Part shown: positions 41,776 to 51,359 of the stretch, in pieces
Layout of the letters: each line of letters begins with the position of its first letter
Numbering within the stretch: the stretch's first letter is position 1
Assembly: GCA_965228855.1 (NCBI GenBank)
Contig: CBDDIJ010000005.1
Span: 160,001-224,000 of the forward strand
From: Candidatus Obscuribacterales bacterium
GTDB lineage: Bacteria > Cyanobacteriota > Vampirovibrionia > Obscuribacterales > Obscuribacteraceae
DNA: 64,000 nt
Reading direction: 5' to 3'
Position numbers and translations under genes: made by a program
Notes under the pieces: generated by a model
Database searches by the model: none
What the model was told of the DNA's origin: nothing
Seen by the model: the letters and a program-made list of their open reading frames with translations, nothing else

Positions 41776-42531
41776 TCAGGCGATTACAATAGAGGCACCA
41801 TTCTTGCGAAATGCATCGTGATGTTTTTTCTCAATCGAGTCGTCGGTGATTATCATTCCTAGTTCAGAAATCGGTGCCACCTTATATGGTGACACGCGGT
41901 TAAACTTCTGCCCTTCGGCCAGGACGAACGACTCCGCAGACTGCTCTATCATAGCTCGCTTTACCAGCGAATCATCATAGTTTGAAACAGTTCCGCCATA
42001 CTTTAGATCTAAACACTCGATACTGATTAAACACAGATCAGCCTGAATGTTGGAGAGCTCCTTGAGTGTCTCGGGACTAAAGGTCAATAACAACTCGGGA
42101 ACCACATTGCCGCCCAAGAAGCGCACCTTGAGCCGCGGAAGCTCAGACAATCGCATGGCGGTCGGAAGACAATTTGTGATGAATGTCGCAGACAATTCCG
42201 GTTTCAAATGCGCCGCGACCTGAGCTGTTGTGGTGCCACCATCTATAAATATGACTTGTTTGTCCTTGACGAACGACGCTGCCCTTTTCGCAATTGTGTC
42301 TTTCAGGGCCGGAGACTCTTTCTCGCGTTTGGAAAATTGAAAAGTCACCTTGCCGACCGGCAGAGCACCGCCGTGAACGCGCTTGAGCAAGCCAGCCTCA
42401 TCGAGGTCCTTCAGGTCGCGGCGAATGGTGTCCTCCGAGACTTTGAAGTCAGTGACCAGCTCTTGCAAGAGTACGCGACCGTTCTTGCTCAAAGCCTCCA
42501 ATATTCGGTTTTTTCGTTCGTCGTTAAGCAT
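41776..42531 (-). CDS. DeoR/GlpR-family transcriptional regulator
   Basis: VSEDTIRRDL..L...GLLKRVHGGA; IFIDGGTT. Confidence 0.95.
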   Translation of the reverse strand: MLNDERKNRILEALSKNGRVLLQELVTDFKVSEDTIRRDLKDLDEAGLLKRVHGGALPVGKVTFQFSKREKESPALKDTIAKRAASFVKDKQVIFIDGGTTTAQVAAHLKPELSATFITNCLPTAMRLSELPRLKVRFLGGNVVPELLLTFSPETLKELSNIQADLCLISIECLDLKYGGTVSNYDDSLVKRAMIEQSAESFVLAEGQKFNRVSPYKVAPISELGMIITDDSIEKKHHDAFRKNGASIVIA

Positions 42532-42544
42532 TAAATAGAGGGGG

Positions 42545-42591
42545 TTGTCAAATGCAGGTTTACGCTGGTATTATCTTGAACATGCAGGTTT
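42545..42591 (+). promoter_or_regulatory. Sigma70-like promoter of the HAD gene with two ATGCAGGTTT repeats (candidate DeoR operators)
   Basis: TTGTCA (42545) -18 bp- TATTAT (42569, preceded by TG); ATGCAGGTTT at 42552 and 42582. Confidence 0.5.
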
Positions 42592-42624
42592 GCGCCAGTT
42601 TATGCAACAATTATAGGTGATCCA

Positions 42625-43503
42625 ATGAGTCAAGTCCAAGCCCCCATTTTCGAGAAGACAGCAAGACAAGCGTTGCAGACAAAACCAGCAAAACCCGGCA
42701 AACAATATAAACTGGCAGCCATCGACCTCGATGGCACCCTGCTTAACCACGAGCGCGGCATCAGCTCAGAAAACCGCGCAGCAGTCGAAAGACTTCGAGC
42801 AAACAATATAAATGTGGTGCTCGCGTCCGGAAGAAGACACGATGATATTCTGCGATTTCATCAGGAACTCGGCTTGGAGAGCCCAATCGTGTCATGTCAC
42901 GGCGCCCTCGTAAAAGAACCGACCACCGGCGAAGTTATAAGCAATCGCTCCATTCCAAAAGAGATGGTCGAAAATCTGATCGAACTCGCACTCGAAAATC
43001 AATTTTCCTGGATCGTTTACGACAACGGCGGCGTGCATTTGTCAAAGTCTGAATACTGGCTTGCAGAGTACGTTCGCAGATCCGCCTTTGGACTTCCAAA
43101 CGTCTACGATTCGCACACGGATTACGCGTTCACCCATGCAGAAAAAGTGAATTGGATGGGCGACATCGAATCTATTCGCGAGCAGTTTCACCACATGACG
43201 AAAACTTTTGCAGGTAAACTCACCAGCGTCATCACAGATCCCGACCACCTGGAATTCACTCTCCATGGGGCGGACAAATCGACCGGCTTGATGGATTTGA
43301 CGGCGCGGATGGGAATCGAGAGCGAAGAAGTCATCACATTTGGTGACAGCAATAATGATGTACCGATGCTGGCATGGGCCGGTTTGGGCGTCGCAATGCA
43401 TCATGGAACCACCGAAGCGCGCAGTGCAGCGAAGATGGTTTCACCGGCAGGAGACGAGGCGTCAAGCCTTGCCCGCGCGGTCGATGCAATTTTCGATAGC
43501 TAA
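42625..43503 (+). CDS. Cof-type HAD-IIB phosphatase
   Basis: DLDGTLL, ASGR, K in ADKS, FGDSNNDVPML. Confidence 0.95.
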   Translation: MSQVQAPIFEKTARQALQTKPAKPGKQYKLAAIDLDGTLLNHERGISSENRAAVERLRANNINVVLASGRRHDDILRFHQELGLESPIVSCHGALVKEPTTGEVISNRSIPKEMVENLIELALENQFSWIVYDNGGVHLSKSEYWLAEYVRRSAFGLPNVYDSHTDYAFTHAEKVNWMGDIESIREQFHHMTKTFAGKLTSVITDPDHLEFTLHGADKSTGLMDLTARMGIESEEVITFGDSNNDVPMLAWAGLGVAMHHGTTEARSAAKMVSPAGDEASSLARAVDAIFDS

Positions 43504-43581
43504 ACAAATAGGAAGCGCTGGCGGGTACCAAAATTTAGGGAGCCCACGTTTTTAATCACATCCAAGAACTGTTACGCTCTG

Positions 43582-43821
43582 TCAATGCGACGGCCAAAAC
43601 AATTCCATCCTGATTGATGAGATTGCAAAAACCTGCTTTGCTGTTATTTCCATAGAAAGAACAGCAAAGAGCTCTGTGCCCAACTCGACTTGTTCTAAAT
43701 CGGGCAATCCACTACGTCCAAGTTCTTGAACTGTTGAAACTTCGATTCCCTTCTGCCTGAGTCCGGCAGCAACCGCAGCAGGAACGTGCTCATCAAGCAG
43801 AAAACGAATCTGCTCAGGCAC
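43582..43821 (-). pseudogene. Truncated DUF5615 PIN-like toxin
   Basis: RFLLDEHVP...LR..G.EV..V....G..D N-terminus, but no T.D.DF motif; similarity is lost after about residue 45. Confidence 0.7.
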
Positions 43822-44107
43822 TTCGTTTGCCCGGCAGCTTTGATGGATACTCCTTCATCAGCTCCTTCGCAAGCGCGTCGTTTTCAGCAAAGTCAGCTTC
43901 AATTTCTTGCCTATTGTCCAAGTAGTAGGTAAGAGCGGCATAGACATCCGCCAAGGTTATTCCAGGAAACATAGCAATGATTTCTTCAGCCGAGTAGTTT
44001 CGCATCTCATGCCAAACAACTATGTCCATAACACGGACACGATGGCCCTTGATGCAAGCTTTGCCTCCGCAGACTCCTGGCGTCTTTATGATGTGCGTTA
44101 GGTCCAT
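43814..44107 (-). CDS. DUF433 antitoxin-like protein
   Basis: TPGVCGGKACIKGHRVRV..I, DVYAALTYY; overlaps the DUF5615 start. Confidence 0.93.
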   Translation of the reverse strand: MDLTHIIKTPGVCGGKACIKGHRVRVMDIVVWHEMRNYSAEEIIAMFPGITLADVYAALTYYLDNRQEIEADFAENDALAKELMKEYPSKLPGKRSA

Positions 44108-44244
44108 TTGTTTTTTCTACCAACCCTGATTCCGCTGTAAGGGTGTCGAGTCCAAGTATATCACGCACCCGAGAACATCTCGTGCAGCTCAATCGGACAG
44201 GAGACATTTCAATTCTAACTGGCATAGTCGATGCGATCTTATAC

Positions 44245-44943
44245 TCAGAGAAGTTCATCTGGAAACTTACGCGCGTACAACATCTCAAAGTGGTGGCGCG
44301 GACAATTTGTTCCGAACCTCACCCGATTGTTTTCGCATTCAAGAACGCCGCATCGCTCATCGGAAGTCTCCATACTAAGCCAGTTCCGCAGGCGCTGCTT
44401 ATTGATTTCAACGTGCGCCAAAGAAATGTTCTTGAACGCCTCTGAGTTCAAAATTTGCGTCGCCAATTGCTCGTTTCGTGTCGCAAAGAATTCTGAGGAG
44501 TCGATAAAGATGTACGACTCTGCGCTCAAGCTTGTTAAACGTCGGCTGACCACCGATATCTGCGACTCCGTCGCACCGCTATGAATTGAACTATCTGAGA
44601 GGAGCGGCACGTTTAGTTGGGCGACACTATCAGCTGATGGTGCGTTTTGAAAGATGTAAAACTCGTCGTCATTTCCAGAGCCCGGAAAGTCGTCACTTCC
44701 CGAAACCTGTTTTGGATAACCCATCCACAAGTCTGCGGCTTCGGGAGCGGGCTTGAGAGGCGTCAAACGCTGACAATCAAACGACGTCATCACGGCCCAC
44801 TTTCCAACAAATGCATCGGAAATCGAATCGAGCGCATCAAATATGAATCGGTAGTCAGACTGAAACCAAAAAAGGTCGTCTAGACTTCCAGAGTTCACCC
44901 AAAAGGTTTTTTGCTCGTGCCACGTTGGGCGATTCTGTTTCAT
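44245..44943 (-). CDS. Hypothetical protein with C-terminal Cys/His cluster
   Basis: GAGG RBS; 232 aa; C....C..........C..HH near the C-terminus. Confidence 0.7.
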   Translation of the reverse strand: MKQNRPTWHEQKTFWVNSGSLDDLFWFQSDYRFIFDALDSISDAFVGKWAVMTSFDCQRLTPLKPAPEAADLWMGYPKQVSGSDDFPGSGNDDEFYIFQNAPSADSVAQLNVPLLSDSSIHSGATESQISVVSRRLTSLSAESYIFIDSSEFFATRNEQLATQILNSEAFKNISLAHVEINKQRLRNWLSMETSDERCGVLECENNRVRFGTNCPRHHFEMLYARKFPDELL

Positions 44944-45002
44944 TTATGTTCGCCTCTTTAGGCGGGTCTTGCTCTCTGTGCACTGCACTACAGGTGAACG
45001 TA

Positions 45003-45677
45003 TCACTCCGCGGGTGGTAATGGTTGTGGATCTTTGGATGTCGTCCTCGCCACTTTCAAGAACTCTTGCTCGCATTCTCGCAAAACCGGTTCAAAGTCCT
45101 GCGGCTTGGTATGAGACGGAACATCAAAATCGTATACAAGTACTCGAATCAAATTTTCGATGGTCGGTCTAGCTATCGGAAAATGAACCTTCTCCATTTC
45201 TTTGGGACGTGGCTTAAGTCCTCCTTTCCAAATTCCATTCACGTGCAAGTGAGAAAATGGATAGTGTGTTTTTGGCTGCCGGGCCATTTCAAAGCGGAAA
45301 AACTGATCTCTACCAGCATCGTCGCTCTGGTAAACCATTCTGGAGGAGTTGGTCTTCAGAAAAAGATTGTCACTCTTGTCAATAAACACGCTGTATTGGA
45401 GATCTAGGAAGTAGCCATTGTTGAGCTGAAGCGATGTATAAAGCTCGCTGCCTTCCGCGGCGCCTGCGATAGCGTCAAGCGGTCGTCTTGGCGGAGCAAT
45501 AACAAATTCGCTTTTCCAGTCGACGGACTGAACGGATACGAATGATGATTTGTCAAGTACCGTTGCGCCAAGCTGAATCATTATGAGCTCTCTGAACTCA
45601 TGTACGGAGTTCTTTCCGCCTGCGAGCATTGCTTTCACAACGCCCCGCGCTTCTGTCAGCCTCGCGCTATGCGACAA
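45003..45677 (-). CDS. Hypothetical protein, candidate toxin (RxE/HxH motifs)
   Basis: FFRFE...P.SHLHVNG...VHFP; overlaps the upstream small gene by 11 bp. Confidence 0.7.
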   Translation of the reverse strand: MSHSARLTEARGVVKAMLAGGKNSVHEFRELIMIQLGATVLDKSSFVSVQSVDWKSEFVIAPPRRPLDAIAGAAEGSELYTSLQLNNGYFLDLQYSVFIDKSDNLFLKTNSSRMVYQSDDAGRDQFFRFEMARQPKTHYPFSHLHVNGIWKGGLKPRPKEMEKVHFPIARPTIENLIRVLVYDFDVPSHTKPQDFEPVLRECEQEFLKVARTTSKDPQPLPPAE

Positions 45678-45879
45678 GGTCCTTCACGCCTACACCAATA
45701 AGCCGAAGTAATCCCAGAATATCACTATCGCGACAGCGGTCAACACTATCGTCCTCCCGCTTAACCATCTCGACGTAGACGTCAAAAGCTATGCCGTGCC
45801 TTTTCTTCACCAAAACAGAAACAGCATTGATGACTTGCTCGGTTGTCCACTCGCTCTTACTGTTGTCTTGATCGGTCAT
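45667..45879 (-). CDS. Small protein (70 aa), candidate antitoxin
   Basis: AGGAGAGG RBS before MTDQDN; coupled to the downstream gene. Confidence 0.65.
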   Translation of the reverse strand: MTDQDNSKSEWTTEQVINAVSVLVKKRHGIAFDVYVEMVKREDDSVDRCRDSDILGLLRLIGVGVKDLVA

Positions 45880-46400
45880 AACCCTCTCCTGAGCGGCTTG
45901 TTCGCTATAGTATATGCGAGAACTGTATTCTTTTGACCAAGAAAATCCTGACTCTGTTCCCATTTGCAACAAATTCTGCAGAATAGGACAGTACTCACCT
46001 TCCTCAACTTTCATGCCCATTGACGAAAGCAGGCAATCCTATGGTAGCCGCATTGACTGCAAAATATCCGCACTGAGTTGCTTCGGTTAGCTATTGGACG
46101 ATCATTACTGATTAGGACTCCCACCGCAGGCTAGCCTATTCTATACGCTCCTACACAGTCATACCTTGAATAAGTGCTGCAAATTATTAGTCCTCGGGCT
46201 CGTCGCTCGCTCAAGCCTAAGGCCCATCGATACGGCGTTAGTCGCATGAATTCCGAGACGCTATCTTGCACCGTACTCGATACCAAGCAACAGTATTCCT
46301 CTTTCAATCGCGAATGCTCTCAAGGTTTTGCACGCATTTGAACAACGTTGAACCCACTCCTTAGCATGGACTCCACATTTTCAGCGTTTTTTTTCAAAAA

Positions 46401-46448
46401 ATCGGGACGACAGGATTCGAACCTGCGACCTATTGCTCCCAAAGCAAT
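46401..46448 (-). repeat. att core copy 1: 3' part of tRNA-Pro(TGG), from the anticodon arm to the acceptor end
   Basis: Minus strand ATTGC-TTTGGGA-GCAAT AGGTC GCAGG-TTCGAAT-CCTGT CGTCCCGA; no D-arm or 5' acceptor strand upstream. Confidence 0.92.
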
Positions 46449-46621
46449 AAATCCCCACAAAATCGGGGTTTGAAAGAGTTGGAAGAAATATGAACGAATT
46501 ACCCAAAAGTCCTACCCTGTCTGTATAATCAACCTTAAGAGGTTTGAACGAACTTGAACAAAGTTGAATTCACTCCTCTACGCAGCCTCTACATTTTCAG
46601 GTTTGTAGAGAAGAGGTGCGG

Positions 46622-47880
46622 ATGAAGGTAAAGATCAACAAAAGCTTCGTGGAGAAAGTCGCTCACCCGGAAAGCGGACAGGTGTTCTACCGTGATACAG
46701 CTTTGCCAGCTTCGCGCTTCGCGTTACAGCCGGCTCGAAAACTTACATAGTCGAAAAAGTGGTTAAAGAAACAGAAGAGAAACTGCCGTTACACGATTGG
46801 GAAACACCCGGCAATTTCAGCAGAGTCTGCGCGCAGGCGAGTCGAAGAAAAGTTAGAAGAAGTGGCGGACGGCATCCATCTCAACGAACGAGACAGGGAC
46901 GAACAGAAGAAAGAAGAATCTGCGGCATTAACGCTAGGGCAGGTGTGGGACGCATATCAGCGAGACCGCAACTTGCGACCGGCGACCATTAAGGTATACG
47001 GCATTGCGCTAAGGCTCTGCTTCTCGGATTGGCTTGACCAGCCCATAACAACCATAACTAAGGATGCGGTGGTACAACGCCACAGCGAATTACTGAGCAG
47101 GGTTGGACCACGAAGCAGCCAGTCTGGAGCCAAGGCGCATACACACCAGGCAATGCGGGTTCTTAGATCACTACTGAACTATACCGGCGTTGTGTACGAA
47201 GACGAAGAAGGCAAGCCTCTCTTGCCGGATAACCCAGTCAAGCGATTAACACAGGCAAAATTATGGCAGCCCTAAAGCCGCGCAAAGACTTTATAAAACG
47301 CCATCAGCTTCCGCGTTGGTACAAAGCCGTCACAAAATTGAAGAATCCGGTAATTCGCGACTTCCTGCTCTTGTGCCTGTTCACAGGACTGCGAAGAACT
47401 GAAGCAACTCAATTGCGCTGGGCGGATATTGATATGGAAGGCAAGACACTCCGTATCCCCCCTGAGCGAACCAAGAACCACGAAGAACACGTGCTTCCTC
47501 TATCAGATTTCCTCTGCAAGCTGCTAGATGAGCGAATTAGGCAAGTCGGCAATCCCTTTGTTTTTCCCGGCAAGGGTGGAACCGGTCACCTTATCGAGAT
47601 GAAACGCGCCATCACCAACGTGACAAAAGCATCTGGCGTGACATTCAAGACTCACTATCTGCGTCGGACATTTATCACGATCGCCGAAGGAATCGACATT
47701 CCCCACTATGCGCTAAAGAAACTACTCAACCACAAAACAAACGACAGCACATCCTCATACAATTAGCTCGACGAAGAGCGGCTTCGTGAGCCGATGCAAA
47801 GAATCACTAATGCGATTCTAGAATTCTCGAGAAAAGAGACTGAGCCTACAGTCAAGAATATCGAGGTCGACGTCAGCTAA
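46622..47880 (+). pseudogene. Frameshifted P4-like tyrosine integrase with arm-binding domain
   Basis: GAGGTG RBS; MKVKINKSFVE..FYRD..FALRVT; LFTGLRRTE, TKN, HYLRRT, LLNH; frameshifts near 46710, 46780 and 47270, and an in-frame TAG at 47764. Confidence 0.9.
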
Positions 47881-47908
47881 TTTCAATTAGTTGCGCGTCG
47901 GAACTCTT

Positions 47909-48070
47909 TTACTGCTCAGGCTCCAAAATCTTCCGCAGTTCTTCTAGCGCTTCCGGTGTAAAAGCCAACTCAAAGCTCTTTTGGGAAACTTCGTCGCCCA
48001 CTTCCATACACAAGGTTTCTTCGTCCCATTCCCATCTGACTATTCTGTCGATATCAATTATTCGTTTCAT
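47909..48070 (-). CDS. Small acidic hypothetical protein (53 aa, not in the ORF track)
   Basis: GGAG upstream; MKRIIDIDRIVRWEWDEETLCMEVGDEVSQKSFELAFTPEALEELRKILEPEQ. Confidence 0.45.
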   Translation of the reverse strand: MKRIIDIDRIVRWEWDEETLCMEVGDEVSQKSFELAFTPEALEELRKILEPEQ

Positions 48071-48797
48071 GCTCATTCTCCGGGTCGGTATTACACTCTA
48101 AGCGGAGGATAGATTTCTGTGACTGTTGAATTCAACACGGCGCCGGCAAGGGAGGCAATCGCCCTCGGTCGCAGCAGCGAGTATAGCTCAGAGCAGATGA
48201 GTAAACTTAAAGACTAAATACACCGACAGGCAAATTGGATATTCGCTGAGAGTATTTTTGTCCTACGGCGAATTGCTTTTGTGCAGGGATCGTGATACCG
48301 ATAGGATATACTCCAAGAAGCGCGAAAGCCGCATCTGCTGCGGCTTTTACCCTGGTCAACGCTTGACGGTTCGTCGTGCGTTCCTGTAGATTGAAGGGTG
48401 CAAAAAGAATCAAGCCCTCGTAGCATAATAGGACAATGTGCCCGGTCTCGAAGCTGGGGAGATGAAGGTCCGAATCCTTCCGGGGCAATTCTTTTTGCTC
48501 GCGTTATAACGTGCAACAGCATAACTTTCGCTCGAAGCGAATGCAAGCAATTATTTAAGAAAACACTATGTCGTTGCACTCCAATCTGTATATCGCAATG
48601 ACATAAAGCCACGAACTCATGCGGCTTTTCAAACTTGACTAAAGATCAAATTTGCTTAAGTTTATTGGTCGGCACTAATACGATTCACCGGACAGATCCA
48701 AACGAATTCGCAATTAAGAAGAAGTTCGCTCGCTTGGTTTCAAACTGCATAACACGATTTAGATTCAATGAACGATGGCAAACAAAGTGAGGTGGAT

Positions 48798-49202
48798 ATG
48801 AATGACGATCAAAAATTGATTTGCGCTCAGGAATTCGTGCTCGTTGATAGCGAGGGAACGCCGCGCGGACACTGGGGAATTGACAACGGTGGACAAGCCG
48901 CGATGACTTTTTATGACCGCAATGGCAAAGCAAGAATGATTTCTGGGGCCGGCAGAGACGGTGTCGCCGTCATTCGCCTTAATGCGGCCGATGAATCTCC
49001 TACTGCAATTTTAACTGTTGATGCGGTGGGTGATTTCCGATTTGCTTGCTTTGACAAGAGTGGGAACAATCGATATCAACTAACTGTTCGTGGTGATGGC
49101 GCGGCAATTATGAGGCTTGGCTCTGATAAGCCGGATGTACTTCTGGCTGCTGCAGACGGTACTGGTCAGATTTTTATCAATGGTACTAAATACGGCGATT
49201 AG
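48798..49202 (+). CDS. Hypothetical beta-rich repeat protein
   Basis: GAGGTG RBS; repeated (L/F)xD..G..R units. Confidence 0.7.
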   Translation: MNDDQKLICAQEFVLVDSEGTPRGHWGIDNGGQAAMTFYDRNGKARMISGAGRDGVAVIRLNAADESPTAILTVDAVGDFRFACFDKSGNNRYQLTVRGDGAAIMRLGSDKPDVLLAAADGTGQIFINGTKYGD

Positions 49203-49282
49203 CGCCGTCGGATATTCAGCGCAGGCAATTCCTTCACTACCATGGTAGATTTGATCGTTTCCTTATTTAGCGGAGCGGACTT

Positions 49283-49723
49283 ATGCGTTATTTAAAACTC
49301 CATCATGCTCTGACCTTAGCAGTTGTTTTGTCTTTATCGTCCGCAAATGCTCAGCAGCCCAGTAAGAAGCCGCTTAGCCTCCAAGATGCCGAAGCTGAGC
49401 GTATCAGCATGGATCTCATTGTGCACAACAGCGCTGCAAGGTTGGTGTCGACGACAAAAGGCACAGATCAATACAACCCGAATGACAATACTATGGATCT
49501 TCTCGCGGACACCTATCTCAAGGCAGGTCGATACAGGCTCCCTTCTAAGGATATTCTGCGAAGCGCTATTGAGGACATGAAAGATGGCGAAGCATTGGCA
49601 AAGTCGACTTATCAATCGATTGACATGAACATGCGAGCCACGGCGAAATTGGAAGCGCTGCAGGTCGCGCAGAACGGTAGGATGATTGAACTATTGGAGT
49701 ACATTGCGGCGCGGACAAAGTAG
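49283..49723 (+). CDS. Hypothetical exported protein
   Basis: GGAG RBS; signal peptide ending SSANA. Confidence 0.75.
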   Translation: MRYLKLHHALTLAVVLSLSSANAQQPSKKPLSLQDAEAERISMDLIVHNSAARLVSTTKGTDQYNPNDNTMDLLADTYLKAGRYRLPSKDILRSAIEDMKDGEALAKSTYQSIDMNMRATAKLEALQVAQNGRMIELLEYIAARTK

Positions 49724-49827
49724 CGACCACAGCACCATATGCGGTGCGAGCCAAGTGGAAAGCGTGTTTTTTTTGTACTGGCGCGCGAATTTTGGAAGGC
49801 TTGGAATTTTCGTCAAGTGCTCGAACA

Positions 49828-49850
49828 AATTTACCAAGCCTTGGTAAATT
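49828..49850. promoter_or_regulatory. Perfect inverted repeat, candidate operator
   Basis: AATTTACCAAG-C-CTTGGTAAATT, ~100 bp upstream of the small ORF and second integrase. Confidence 0.5.
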
Positions 49851-49954
49851 GTGCTTCTAGACACGTTCTTCGTGTTCCTGTAGATTGGATTTTAGGTTAA
49901 AACAGCCGGTGCCATCACTGGCACCTCAGTTCGTTTTTGCGTGAGGTTTTAGAG

Positions 49955-50137
49955 ATGACTGTAGTTGACTTTGAGCAGTACGTGAAACTCCGCCGGAAAG
50001 AAACTTGGATGGAGTACTCGGATGAGCAGAGAAAAAAATATGATGCATTCAAGCGACGACGAAAACAGTTCGAGCGTAACCGGCGGAAGGATGACGAAGG
50101 AATCGACTTCGAAGGCGACTTGTCGGAGGTTGACTGA
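49955..50137 (+). CDS. Small charged hypothetical protein
   Basis: GAGG RBS; 60 aa; stop lies 1 bp before the second integrase ATG. Confidence 0.5.
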   Translation: MTVVDFEQYVKLRRKETWMEYSDEQRKKYDAFKRRRKQFERNRRKDDEGIDFEGDLSEVD

Positions 50138-50138
50138 T

Positions 50139-50890
50139 ATGCCTACACTCGACGAGTTGTGGTGTCGCTACCTAGAAGGGCACGCCAAGCCACATTTGAA
50201 GACTTGGCGAAACTTGGAGCGTTGCTTCAATCCCTATTTCGATACTCTTCGCGACCGAGATTCGTTGTCCATAAAACGGTACGAAGTGCAACACTGGCAT
50301 ACGCAAATTGGGCAGGAGATCGGCTGGACAACGGCGAACCGTGCATTTCAGTTACTCCGCTCGATTTACTACAAGGCGATCGACTGGGAACTGATTCCGA
50401 ATCACAATCCGACCGTCCGCGTGAAATGTAAAACGCTGCAGCCTCGAGAACGGTTCCTTCAACCAGAAGAGTTGTCGCGGTTCTTCTCGTCGTGCTCGAC
50501 TTTGCGCTATGCCACCACGCGCGACTTCTTCTTGATGTGCCTATTCACGGGCCAGCGTGCCGGCAATGTACGCAATATGCGCTGGGACCAGATAAGCTTT
50601 GAACTAGCGTTATGGTCAATTCCGAACACAAAGAATGGCACCAGTCACAAATTGCCGTTGGTTCCAGAAGCGATGGCGACTCTAAAAGCTCGTCGAAGCT
50701 TGAGCAAAGTCTGGGTGTTCCCTGGTCGAACAACGAATCAGGGGCAATCGTCTGTTGAAAGACCACTTGGAAAAAATGGCTGTCGAGACGCCTGGCTGCA
50801 CTGGTGAACCGTGCCGACCTGCCGGATCTCAGGCTTCACGATTTAAGGCGAACTCATGCAAGCTACGGCTTCTTGGGTGATAAGAACTAG
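50139..50890 (+). pseudogene. Second tyrosine recombinase, frameshifted and C-terminally truncated
   Basis: GGAGG RBS; TANR..LLRSIY, RERFL, LFTGQR, TKNG; frameshift near 50750-50800; DLRLHDLRRTHASY then stop, without the downstream LGH and catalytic Tyr region. Confidence 0.85.
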
Positions 50891-51322
50891 GTCGCGAAAC
50901 TCACCAAACCACAAAAGCCAGTCAGAATGTGCTTTTTCGAGGAGTACCATCGACCCACCGAGGCGCGAGTCTTGAAGTGATATCCATAGGGCAAGACACT
51001 CTGTATCGAGCTCCGCAAGCCGTCTTGCAGAGTGCCGAAGTTCCTGACGGCATCGGGCCGTGTGCAGATTCGTAACCGATGGCACCTCGGTAACTATTTT
51101 TCGAAGGCAGGGGTTAAGCGAGTTGAAGAGCCGCCCAAGCGCCTCGCTGAAATCAGCCGCCATCGGCTCTGGCTCTGGTCCAGCTGGCATGTTTCTGTAC
51201 AAGGCGTTTGATTTTGAATCTATCGCTCCAATGATCGCCGGCGCAGTATCAAGTAATGCTGCAACTCGAACAAGCGTTGTCTTCGCGGCCAGTAAATTTT
51301 CAATCTCGGTCGTCATATTCAT
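50843..51322 (-). CDS. Hypothetical protein
   Basis: Purine-rich RBS; downstream of the excisionase-like gene. Confidence 0.55.
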   Translation of the reverse strand: MNMTTEIENLLAAKTTLVRVAALLDTAPAIIGAIDSKSNALYRNMPAGPEPEPMAADFSEALGRLFNSLNPCLRKIVTEVPSVTNLHTARCRQELRHSARRLAELDTECLALWISLQDSRLGGSMVLLEKAHSDWLLWFGEFRDLVLITQEAVACMSSP

Positions 51323-51335
51323 CCCCTCTCTCACC

Positions 51336-51359
51336 GCACCGAATGCGGTGCTTTTTTTT
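51336..51359 (+). terminator. Intrinsic terminator on the plus strand, antisense to the xis-like operon
   Basis: GCACCG-AATG-CGGTGC followed by eight T. Confidence 0.65.

Noticed and set aside
46401..46480. Intact tRNA-Pro gene at either att copy
   Set aside because: The sequence 5' of the anticodon arm cannot form a D-arm or acceptor strand in either copy; both are att remnants.
48207..48612. Overlapping minus-strand ORFs (93 aa and 132 aa)
   Set aside because: No convincing RBS or motifs, and I could not choose a frame.
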